Part shown: one piece after another, positions 38,420 to 46,760 of the stretch | Layout of the letters: every line of letters starts with the position of its first letter | How positions within the stretch are numbered: position 1 is the stretch's first letter | Assembly: GCA_021780355.1 (NCBI GenBank) | Contig: JAJXYX010000043.1 | Span: 1 to 56,288, forward strand | Length of the DNA stretch: 56,288 bases | Direction: 5' to 3' | Source: a bacterium | GTDB lineage: Bacteria; Chlamydiota; Chlamydiia; Chlamydiales; SM23-39 | Notes under the pieces: generated by a model | What the model saw: the letters and a program-made list of their open reading frames with translations, nothing else | Database searches by the model: none | Told to the model about the DNA's origin: nothing | Made by a program: the position numbers and the translations under genes

Positions 38420-40831
38420 TTAAAATTGTCCGCCCATCGAAAAGTAGAAGGGTTGGTACTTGTGGTTCCGTTCTTTTCTGTCCAACGAATTCAGCAAGTA
38501 GCCCCAGCCTACCACAATTGGCGTGCGGTTGCCAATATCTAAACGAAGACCTCCGCCGACGGAGGCTCTCATTTTTTCAGCAGATAAAATTTTTGTTGTA
38601 ATACTTCCAATGTCATAAAAGACAAACACGTCGAGGATTTTTAACAGTTCTTGGTTGTATTCCAATGAAAGTAAAGTGGAAGAATTTCCCCCATTTGGGG
38701 TGCTAGTGTTTTGAGGAACTCCCTCATCGTTGTCCAGTTTGACCAAAGGCCCTAACATAAACGGTTTATACCCGCGGACGCTGGTCTCGCCGCCCATGAA
38801 CAGCCGTTCGCTGTAGGGCATAGCATTCTGGGCCGTTCGTCCATAGGGGAAAAGATATTTGAATTCAGCTTTCAGTTTCAGCGTTCCTTTGGACCAGATG
38901 GGAAAATAGATGGAGTTGAGGTAGCTCAGTTTTCCGAAGTAAAATGAACCGCCGACTCCTGCGATCTCTGCCTCAAAGAGAGAGCGCCAGCCTTTGTGGG
39001 GTTTAAACGCGTTATCTGTGGAATCGTATCCTAGATTCGAGCTAAAAGCTGAGACAAGCCCTTGCTGATCTAATAGCCTTTTTTGGTGCTCAAAAGAAGC
39101 TTTGGCAATTTCATTGGTTCCCATGGGTCTGAGGTCTACGTAGTCATGCGAATGACGTAGGCGCTGGCGCATGCCAAAGGTCCAAAAATTGTTCAGGGGG
39201 TAGCTAGTAAAGACCGAACCGCCGTAGGTGATGATTTTTGTCGTTTGCTGCAATTCGCTATAGGTTCTGGTCAGTTCTGTTCCAAAGCGCCAGAGAGAAT
39301 CATTAAAGTAAGGATTCATCCAGGAGACGAGGATGTTGTTTTGCTTTTTACCCAATGTGCCGCGGATGTGGAAATATTCCCCGCCGCCTCTCAAATTGGA
39401 CATGTCGCTCCAGGCTTTGGCAAGGCCTGCAATGTTGAAATTCCTCTCAGTGATCTCAACGCCCCCAAAGATGTCATCGATGGTGCTGAATCCCATGAAG
39501 AGACTGACATTGCCTGTCGTGGTTTCTTCGACTTCAATGTAGACGTCTCTATAGTTTTCTCCGAGGTCTTCACTGGTCCGAACTGCGTAGACATTGACGC
39601 TTTTGAAATACCCCATCGCTTCCAGGCGGCTCTGCGTGGCTTTTAACTTTCTTGTGTCGAATGTTTCGCCGGGCACGAGGAGCGATTCTCTGAGGATCAC
39701 ATTGTTTTTTGTGAAGTGGTTGCCAAAGATATAGATGAGCCCGATGTTGTACTGGTCCCCTTCTTCAATTGAGTAGCGGACATGATAAATCGGCTGCGTT
39801 TCATCTAGATCGGCCTCAAATTGAACGCTCACATCGATATATCCTTTTTGCCCATAAAGATCTTTGATGAGCTGCGCCGTGTCTCTTACTTTGTCTGGAG
39901 AATAGGGGTCGCCCTCATGGACAAGACATTTTTTTTCGAGATCTGCGAGGGTGAATAAAGTGTTGCCTTCGAACTCCACAGCTCCCGTTTTATAGATAGG
40001 GCCTCGGTGTGCGGTAATTTCGATAATTAATTTGCCGGATCTGGGATCTTCTTGCAAGTTTACGTCGACTCTTGCATCGGCGTAGCCTTTGTTGTGCAAA
40101 TAGTTGGCGATAGTGGCTTTGTCTTGATCGAGGGCTTCGTCTCGGAAAATGCCGCTGCCGGTCAGCCAGCTGGTGACAAAATTGTATTTTTTTAAATACA
40201 TCTGATCAGACAAATCACTGATTTCCGACTTTGTGAACTGTTGGAAAACGATTTTTTTGATATTGCCTGATTTGCCTTCTTTCACATCGATGATGATGTC
40301 GACTTGGTTCGTATTAGGGACCGGCTGCAGGGAGTAGGAAATCTGAGATTCAAAATAACCTTTTTTAATGTAAAATTCCTTCACCTTATTGAAGGCTTTA
40401 TTGAACGTTTGCCGATTAAATAAAGTGTAAGGTTGGACGCTGAGTTCTTTTTGCAGCCTTGAATCGTTATAGCGTTCGTTGCCCCTCCAGACAATTTGAT
40501 GAATCAAAGGTCTTGGGCTGACGTGGATCGTGATGACTAGTTGATCGTCTTTGACTTGCACTGAAGGGTCGACTCGATCGTATTCTTGGGAAAGATTTTT
40601 GAGATCTTGATCAAAAGTGGCTTGTGAAAATTCCTCTCCCTCATGGGTCTTTAATCGGGAAAGAATAGGTTTTGCGTCAAAATAGACCTCTTCTTCCGGA
40701 GAATCGATGATGATTTCAATGCGGGCGACCCGTTTTTCTTCGTAGAATTCAGTGCTATAAATTGGCCCGGCCATCGCAGCGAAAAGAATCGAAAGCAAAG
40801 CGTAAGATGTAATGCGTCGTTTGTCGGCCAT
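38420..40831 (-). CDS. bamA: Outer membrane protein assembly factor BamA
   Basis: POTRA repeats (Y.KKGY), MGGETSVRGY and terminal Phe. Confidence 0.96.
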   Translation of the reverse strand: MADKRRITSYALLSILFAAMAGPIYSTEFYEEKRVARIEIIIDSPEEEVYFDAKPILSRLKTHEGEEFSQATFDQDLKNLSQEYDRVDPSVQVKDDQLVITIHVSPRPLIHQIVWRGNERYNDSRLQKELSVQPYTLFNRQTFNKAFNKVKEFYIKKGYFESQISYSLQPVPNTNQVDIIIDVKEGKSGNIKKIVFQQFTKSEISDLSDQMYLKKYNFVTSWLTGSGIFRDEALDQDKATIANYLHNKGYADARVDVNLQEDPRSGKLIIEITAHRGPIYKTGAVEFEGNTLFTLADLEKKCLVHEGDPYSPDKVRDTAQLIKDLYGQKGYIDVSVQFEADLDETQPIYHVRYSIEEGDQYNIGLIYIFGNHFTKNNVILRESLLVPGETFDTRKLKATQSRLEAMGYFKSVNVYAVRTSEDLGENYRDVYIEVEETTTGNVSLFMGFSTIDDIFGGVEITERNFNIAGLAKAWSDMSNLRGGGEYFHIRGTLGKKQNNILVSWMNPYFNDSLWRFGTELTRTYSELQQTTKIITYGGSVFTSYPLNNFWTFGMRQRLRHSHDYVDLRPMGTNEIAKASFEHQKRLLDQQGLVSAFSSNLGYDSTDNAFKPHKGWRSLFEAEIAGVGGSFYFGKLSYLNSIYFPIWSKGTLKLKAEFKYLFPYGRTAQNAMPYSERLFMGGETSVRGYKPFMLGPLVKLDNDEGVPQNTSTPNGGNSSTLLSLEYNQELLKILDVFVFYDIGSITTKILSAEKMRASVGGGLRLDIGNRTPIVVGWGYLLNSLDRKERNHKYQPFYFSMGGQF

Positions 40832-40893
40832 GTCTAAACATCGTTGTTGATCCGCCTGATTATAGAAATTAGACTTTAAAAAAGCAATCCTTT

Positions 40894-41493
40894 CTATAAA
40901 GTCTGTCTGCCTGTAAGAGCGCGTGCCAGCGTGCCTCCATCGATGTATTCTAAGCTGCTGCCCATGGGCAGGCCGACGCCGAGTCTAGAGACTTGCAAAG
41001 AGAGTTTTGTGAGTTCGTTTTTTAGATAGAGCGCTGTGGTGTCGCCCTCCAGAGTGGAGTCGAAAGCGATGATGACTTCCTTAATTTGATGTTTTGCGAT
41101 TCGCTTTTCAATTTTGTCGATTCGAAGTTGGTTGGCATGTCTTCCGTCCAAAGGGGAAAGGAGATGTTCGACGATGTGATAGAGGCCGCGATACGTTCGG
41201 GTTTCTTCGATGGCATAAGCGTCTCGGGCGGATGAGAGGATGCAAAGGGTTGCAGTGTCTCTCCCTTCTTGGCAAAAATGGCAAAGGCCGTTTTGCGTAA
41301 GACAGCCGCACTCTTGGCAGGGAGGTACTTTATCGAGGATTTCTGTTAGCATAGCGCCAAGCGCGCCGAGGTCTCGCTTTTCCCATTTGAGAAATTCAAA
41401 GGCAAATCGCTCTGCTGTTCGAGAGCCGACTCCCGGCAGTTTTTTTAGATAGCCGATGAGAGCGAGAAGATCTTTTGGGTATTTTAAGGACAT
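40894..41493 (-). CDS. recR: Recombination mediator RecR
   Basis: LPGVGSRTAER, a C4 zinc finger and the TOPRIM EGDTT motif. Confidence 0.95.
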   Translation of the reverse strand: MSLKYPKDLLALIGYLKKLPGVGSRTAERFAFEFLKWEKRDLGALGAMLTEILDKVPPCQECGCLTQNGLCHFCQEGRDTATLCILSSARDAYAIEETRTYRGLYHIVEHLLSPLDGRHANQLRIDKIEKRIAKHQIKEVIIAFDSTLEGDTTALYLKNELTKLSLQVSRLGVGLPMGSSLEYIDGGTLARALTGRQTL

Positions 41494-41634
41494 AGTAAGT
41501 GCAGTGTAGGAAAATTTTCTCCTTTTTGCAAGAACCTTTCTTCTCTGTAAAGAATAATTTTTATTTGTCAAACTCTCTCTTTCTATTTAATAGGAGATTT
41601 GTGTAAAATCGACGCAATTGAAGAGCTTAAAAAG

Positions 41635-42627
41635 ATGATTAGAGTAGCTAGAATTAGAGGTACTGGGGCCTATTTGCCGGAAAGAGTCTTGACAAATCAG
41701 GACCTTGAGCAAATGGTGGACACTTCTGATGAATGGATTGTCACTCGAACCGGGATGAAAGAGCGTAGGCTAGCCGGTCCTGATGAATTTACTTCAGGAA
41801 TGGGAGCCAAAGCGGCCCAGAGGGCCATTGAAGATGCGGGGCTTGTAGCTGACGACATAGATTTTATTTTAGTGGCGACATTGACGCCGGATTACCTGTT
41901 TCCGAGTACTGCTTGTTTAATTCAGCAGCTTTTGGGCGCTAAAAAAGCTGCCAGCTTAGATATCCAAGCGGCCTGCACGGGATATTTATACGCCCTATCT
42001 TTAGCCAAATCTTTCATTGAATCGGGGGCTTACCGCCATATTTTAGTCGTGGCTGCCGAAAAGCTCTCTTCTATCACTAATTATAAGGACCGTTCCACTT
42101 GTGTTTTGTTTGGCGATGGGGCCTCCGCCTGCGTCGTTTCCTCTGAAGGAGAGGGGTTGGCCATCCAATCGGTCCGTCTCGGTTCCGATGGAGAGCAAGC
42201 TGAGCTGCTCATCCAGCCGGCTGGCGGGTGCCGTCTTCCCGCATCAGCTGAGACGGTGGCGAACGATCAGCACTTTATCCGGATGGCAGGCAACGAGGTG
42301 TTTAAGCACGCTGTTCGACGCATGGAATCGGCTTGTAAAGAATGTATTGATGCAGCTCAAATTGATGAATTGGACATTTCCTGGGTCGTTCCTCATCAAG
42401 CAAATATTCGAATTATTGACGCGATTGCCAAGCGCTTTAAGCATCTTCCCTCTGAAAGGGTGTATAAAACAGTGCAGAAATACGGCAATACTTCAGCTTC
42501 TTCCGTCGGTATTGCCTTGCACGAACTAAGAAAAGAGCAGTCTTTGCAGGAAGGGGAGAAGATTTTATTAACAGCTTTCGGCGCAGGTCTAACCTGGGGC
42601 GCGGCTTTATTGCAGGCTCAACGATGA
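41635..42627 (+). CDS. fabH: Beta-ketoacyl-ACP synthase III
   Basis: AACTG, PHQAN, GNTSASS and FGAGLTWG; start uncertain (41599 or 41635). Confidence 0.97.
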   Translation: MIRVARIRGTGAYLPERVLTNQDLEQMVDTSDEWIVTRTGMKERRLAGPDEFTSGMGAKAAQRAIEDAGLVADDIDFILVATLTPDYLFPSTACLIQQLLGAKKAASLDIQAACTGYLYALSLAKSFIESGAYRHILVVAAEKLSSITNYKDRSTCVLFGDGASACVVSSEGEGLAIQSVRLGSDGEQAELLIQPAGGCRLPASAETVANDQHFIRMAGNEVFKHAVRRMESACKECIDAAQIDELDISWVVPHQANIRIIDAIAKRFKHLPSERVYKTVQKYGNTSASSVGIALHELRKEQSLQEGEKILLTAFGAGLTWGAALLQAQR

Positions 42628-43571
42628 AAAAAATAGCGTTTTTGTTTCCTGGCCAAGGATCCCAGGCTCCTGGAATGGGGAAGGATTTTTATGAGGCGTT
42701 TTCTGTTGCTAGAGAGACGTTTCAAGAAGCAGATGATTTACTCTCGTATGGTTTAACGCAGGTCATGTTCGAGGGCCCGGAAGCTCTTTTAACGCAGACC
42801 AAGCATAGCCAGCTCGCTATCTTTGTCAACAGCGTAGCGCTTTTGAGAACACTGCAATCGCAAATGCCGCAATTAACCCCCTTTGTCTGCGCAGGTCTGA
42901 GCCTTGGAGAGTATACGGCCTTGTTTGCATCTGGTCGAATTGAGATGGCAGAGGCTTTGCGGCTTGTGCGCGTTCGAGCAGAACTGATGAACCGAGCTTG
43001 CGAAGAGGTTTCTGGAACTATGGCTGCAGTCCTTGGGATGTCAGGGTCTGCTATTGAAGAAGCTTTGCATGGACTTTCTGGTGTTTGGGTAGCCAATTAC
43101 AATTGCCCAGGACAAGTCGTGATTTCCGGGACGCAGGAAGGGGTTGAAGAGGCCTCTTCGGTTTTGAAAGCGAGCGGTGCAAAACGGGTTATTCCTCTGA
43201 CCGTGCATGGAGCTTTTCATAGCGGTCTTATGAAATCAGCTCAAGAAGGGCTGACCCCCTTTATTCAGGCGGCCTCTTTAAAAAATTCTTCCATCCCATT
43301 TGTGATGAATGTTCCTGGCGATTTTGTCGAGTCTCTCGATCTTATGCGCCAACATCTCATGAATCAAGTGACCCAGTCTGTCCGATGGGACCAAGGTATT
43401 GTCGCCATGGAATCGAAGCTAGTGGATCTTTATCTAGAGATTGGATCTGGCAAAACCTTAGCAGGCCTTAATAAAAAAATAGGGGTGAAAGCTCCTACGT
43501 TGTCTTTGGAGAAAGTCGGCGATTTAGATAGCGTGATGCAACAAATAGAAGGGGCGATATGCAGCTGTTAA
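42624..43571 (+). CDS. fabD: Malonyl-CoA:ACP transacylase
   Basis: FPGQGSQ, GLSLGEY and GAFHS. Confidence 0.97.
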   Translation: MKKIAFLFPGQGSQAPGMGKDFYEAFSVARETFQEADDLLSYGLTQVMFEGPEALLTQTKHSQLAIFVNSVALLRTLQSQMPQLTPFVCAGLSLGEYTALFASGRIEMAEALRLVRVRAELMNRACEEVSGTMAAVLGMSGSAIEEALHGLSGVWVANYNCPGQVVISGTQEGVEEASSVLKASGAKRVIPLTVHGAFHSGLMKSAQEGLTPFIQAASLKNSSIPFVMNVPGDFVESLDLMRQHLMNQVTQSVRWDQGIVAMESKLVDLYLEIGSGKTLAGLNKKIGVKAPTLSLEKVGDLDSVMQQIEGAICSC

Positions 43572-44314
43572 AGAAAAAATCGGCAATCATTACGGGCGGT
43601 ACAGCGGGGATTGGAAAAGCGATCGCGTTGCTTTATGCGCAAAACGGAGCGGATGTAGCGATTTTTGGAACAAACAGAGAGAGAGCAGAGCAAACTCTTA
43701 AGGAATTAGAAGCTCATCGAGTAGATTCTGAGCAAAAATTTTCAGCCCACTTAGTCAATGTGGCTCAGTTTAAAGAAGTCGAAGAGACGATTCAAAAAAT
43801 ATTATCCGATTGGGGAAAAGTGGACATCCTTGTCAATAACGCGGGGATTACAAGAGACAATCTTTTAATGCGTATGAACGAAGAAGATTGGGACCTTGTC
43901 TTGGATGTCAATTTAAAATCTGTGTATAACACTTGCCGAGTTCTCGCTCGGAGCATGATGAAGGCGAAAGGGGGATCGATTATCAACATTTCCTCCGTGA
44001 TTGGCTTGACAGGAAATGCGGGGCAAGTAAACTATGCAGCATCCAAATCGGGAATGATCGGGTTCACGAAGTCGCTAGCTAAAGAGCTGGCGAGCCGCAA
44101 TGTGCGGGCGAACTGCGTGGCGCCTGGTTATATAGAAACTCAAATGACCGAGGGGTTGTCCGACCAAATTAAAGGGCAAATCCTCGCAAATATCCCGCTG
44201 GGGCGTATTGGCAGTCCTCAAGATATAGCTCAAGCGGCTTTATATTTAGCTAGCGATTTATCAAGCTATGTCACAGGACAAGTGATTGCGGTTGATGGCG
44301 GGATGGTCATGTAG
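43559..44314 (+). CDS. fabG: 3-oxoacyl-ACP reductase
   Basis: TGGTAGIG, NNAGITRD and YAASK. Confidence 0.97.
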   Translation: MQLLKKKSAIITGGTAGIGKAIALLYAQNGADVAIFGTNRERAEQTLKELEAHRVDSEQKFSAHLVNVAQFKEVEETIQKILSDWGKVDILVNNAGITRDNLLMRMNEEDWDLVLDVNLKSVYNTCRVLARSMMKAKGGSIINISSVIGLTGNAGQVNYAASKSGMIGFTKSLAKELASRNVRANCVAPGYIETQMTEGLSDQIKGQILANIPLGRIGSPQDIAQAALYLASDLSSYVTGQVIAVDGGMVM

Positions 44315-44426
44315 GACCCACAATAATTGAAAAGGCCTGCTCGAAAAATAGATGGGTCCAAAATGCCAATAGCTGCGTTTTGGGCTCATGTCTTCTTTGA
44401 GCCGGCTCAATAAATAGGAATTTTTT

Positions 44427-44666
44427 ATGACAATACAACAAGAAGTCATTGATATTATCATCGAACAACTCGGTGTAGAAGCTGCAGATGTTTCTTTAGA
44501 AAAATCATTTGTAGAAGATTTGAATGCAGATTCTTTGGATTTAACTGAGCTCATCATGACCTTTGAAGAGCGTTTTGGTTTTGAGATTTCGGAAGAAGAT
44601 GCTGAAAAACTTAAAACTGTAGGCGATGTCGTCGATTACGTAGAAAAACGTAAAGTCAACGCTTAA
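44427..44666 (+). CDS. acpP: Acyl carrier protein
   Basis: DLNADSLD phosphopantetheine site. Confidence 0.97.
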   Translation: MTIQQEVIDIIIEQLGVEAADVSLEKSFVEDLNADSLDLTELIMTFEERFGFEISEEDAEKLKTVGDVVDYVEKRKVNA

Positions 44667-44685
44667 CTGCCCAAAGCCTTCTTTT

Positions 44686-44739
44686 GCCGCATCTTTTTGA
44701 GTGATGTTTCCTCTTTTTCAAGATGCGGCTTTTCTTTTT
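44686..44739 (+). terminator. Possible terminator after acpP
   Basis: GCCGCATCTT...AAGATGCGGC followed by TTTTCTTTTT; the loop is long. Confidence 0.5.
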
Positions 44740-44748
44740 GATTTGTTT

Positions 44749-44913
44749 CATACCGTTCGTGACTTAAGAATCGGCTATTGGGCGGAAGATCGCTGCTAAA
44801 AATCGATTGTCATAAAGGGGGATTGTATTTCCTCGATACCCCCTTTATGGCAATTGATTTTTAACGGTTTTCAATCCCGCCTATAAGCCGATTCTTCACT
44901 TTTCTTAAGTATG
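44749..44913 (+). mobile_element. Palindromic MITE, copy 3 (chimeric, degenerate)
   Basis: Left arm ATACCGTTCGTGACTTAAGAATCGGCTATTGG is like copy 2; the centre and right arm CCGCCTATAAGCCGATTCTTCAC are like copy 1. Confidence 0.8.
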
Positions 44914-44976
44914 TCTTTTGTTTGTTCTGAACAGTAGGCAGGTCTCGCAGTTCATTCAAAAAAATAAAAAACCATA

Positions 44977-45025
44977 GGTTTCCAAAGGACGAAGTCCTTT
45001 GGTAGGGTGCGGGACGAAGTCCTGC
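44977..45025 (-). repeat. Double-hairpin repeat unit I
   Basis: GGTTT CCAAAGGAC-GAA-GTCCTTTGG TAGGGT GCGGGAC-GAA-GTCCTGC. Confidence 0.85.
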
Positions 45026-45039
45026 TCTTTTTAGCTATA

Positions 45040-46323
45040 CTAGCTAAGCACTTGAAAACAAAGCAAATGAATATCCTCAGAGAGCTCTTTGCGCTTTGTG
45101 GCGAAGGTGAGTTCTTTTTGGAGCATGGCGGCGGTGGTCTCGAGGCCGTCTGAGGCGAAGAGCTTGAGAACTTTGGCGAGGAGATCGACGATCCGTTTGG
45201 GTTCTTTGTAGAAGTTGACGAGGCCTTGGTTGAAGAGGAAGAAAAAATCGCCTGATTCGAGGGGGACGGAGCGATCGGAGGGTTGGATGAAGCGGCGATG
45301 GTCTAGGGACCAAAAGAGGGGAAGCTCGGGGCCTTTGTAGGAGAGGAGGCAGCGGGTGCGATCGTAGGAGAGGGAGAGGTGTTTTGGGTTTTCTTTGGAG
45401 AGCTTGTATTGCGTGAGAAGCTCATACATGCCCTCGAAACCCTCTTCTTCGGCTTCGGCCATATGGATGAGGAAGAGATCTTTTCGCTCTGGTTTGGGAA
45501 AGTCGAGAAGAAGCCCGCGGGGGGACTCTGAGAAGAACGTGATCGATTTGACAGCGACGGCATCGGAGCGGCAGGTATCGATGTTTTTTTGGAGCATGAG
45601 ATGCTGGAGAAGCGTGGCACACTCATATTCTCCATACATCCGCTCTCGGAGAAGCGAGTTGTCTTTGAGCCGGTTGATATTTTCATGAAGACATTCGCTC
45701 ATGGTATTGAGCGTATTGGCGAGCTCGACGATCTCTTTGGGACCGTTGACCTGGACTGACTCTCCATATTGGCCGGCGGCAATGGCGAGAGCGGAGTTGT
45801 TGAGCTGCTGGACAGGATCGGAAATTTTATTGGCGATGAGATAAAGGGTGGTGACGACGATGGCGAGCGTGCAGCCGCTGCCAAGGAGAATGAGGAAGAG
45901 GCTTTCTTGGAACTTTTGGTCGATGAGATCTGTGCTGACGTCGGCCGCCATGAGTCCCATGATGTGCCCCTCTTTTGTAAAAATGGGGGCGTAGCCTGTC
46001 ATGACGGACGCACCTTCTTCCGTTCTATAGGCCTTTGTTAATTGGACGTGAGTGGGGATCGTCGAGAGGGGAGAGGAGCGGACGGGAATGATATGAAGCC
46101 GCGTAAGCGCAAGCTCTTTTTGAATCTCTTGGAGCTCGTCAGTCAACTCTAAGGCGTTGGGATCGATGAGAGCGGCCGCAGCGACGACAGCGGACTTAAG
46201 ACGGGTTTGAAACCCTTCTGAAATTTCTTGATACCAATTGTAGGCAAGAAGCGACGAGATAAACGCGATGCTGCCGAGCAAGGTAGGTAAGAGAAAAAGG
46301 AGCAGACGGGTTCTAATCTTCAT
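45040..46323 (-). CDS. Membrane HAMP protein with degenerate SpoIIE/PP2C (RsbU-like) domain
   Basis: Two TM helices, HAMP (PVQQL...G.Y...EIVELA..LN.M), an RsbU-type linker ERMYGEYECA..LQ..ML, and GDFFFLFNQGL / EDIHLLCF in place of the catalytic motifs. Confidence 0.7.
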   Translation of the reverse strand: MKIRTRLLLFLLPTLLGSIAFISSLLAYNWYQEISEGFQTRLKSAVVAAAALIDPNALELTDELQEIQKELALTRLHIIPVRSSPLSTIPTHVQLTKAYRTEEGASVMTGYAPIFTKEGHIMGLMAADVSTDLIDQKFQESLFLILLGSGCTLAIVVTTLYLIANKISDPVQQLNNSALAIAAGQYGESVQVNGPKEIVELANTLNTMSECLHENINRLKDNSLLRERMYGEYECATLLQHLMLQKNIDTCRSDAVAVKSITFFSESPRGLLLDFPKPERKDLFLIHMAEAEEEGFEGMYELLTQYKLSKENPKHLSLSYDRTRCLLSYKGPELPLFWSLDHRRFIQPSDRSVPLESGDFFFLFNQGLVNFYKEPKRIVDLLAKVLKLFASDGLETTAAMLQKELTFATKRKELSEDIHLLCFQVLS

Positions 46324-46760
46324 GGAGTTAGTTGTCCTATTTTATGCCGACACGGCAATTGCTGCGAATAGGCCTGAAGTAAAACGACGGCGACAGCAGG
46401 GCATTCGGAAATAATCGAAAGGAGATGGCTTCGGGAAAGAGTTAAAAAGAGACAATCCGTTTTACATACAGCAGAATACGTCCTAGGCTGTTCGTTGAAA
46501 AGCGACTCATCTCCAAAAAAATCTCCGCTTGATACTTCAGCCAACGGTCGAGTCTTTTCATCGAAAATTTGAACAGTACCATGAGCGATCAAATAGATCC
46601 TGTTAGCCACTTGACCTGGAGTGAAAATTTTTTCATTCGCATCATAGTCGTCGTGGTGCAGTTTTTCTGCGATCGCTAGAAGAGAGTCTAGGTCTAACTC
46701 GGAAAAGAGGCGGACTTTTTTGAGAAAAAAAGCTCGTTCAATCAAACTTAATTGTTTCAT
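46320..46760 (-). CDS. Stand-alone cyclic-nucleotide-binding domain protein
   Basis: LKKVRLFSEL, IYLIAHGTV and GDFFGDESLFNEQPRTYSA. Confidence 0.88.
   Translation of the reverse strand: MKQLSLIERAFFLKKVRLFSELDLDSLLAIAEKLHHDDYDANEKIFTPGQVANRIYLIAHGTVQIFDEKTRPLAEVSSGDFFGDESLFNEQPRTYSAVCKTDCLFLTLSRSHLLSIISECPAVAVVLLQAYSQQLPCRHKIGQLTP

Noticed and set aside
45077-46041. Multiple short ORFs within the HAMP gene
   Set aside because: Shadow frames in the skewed region beside unit I.
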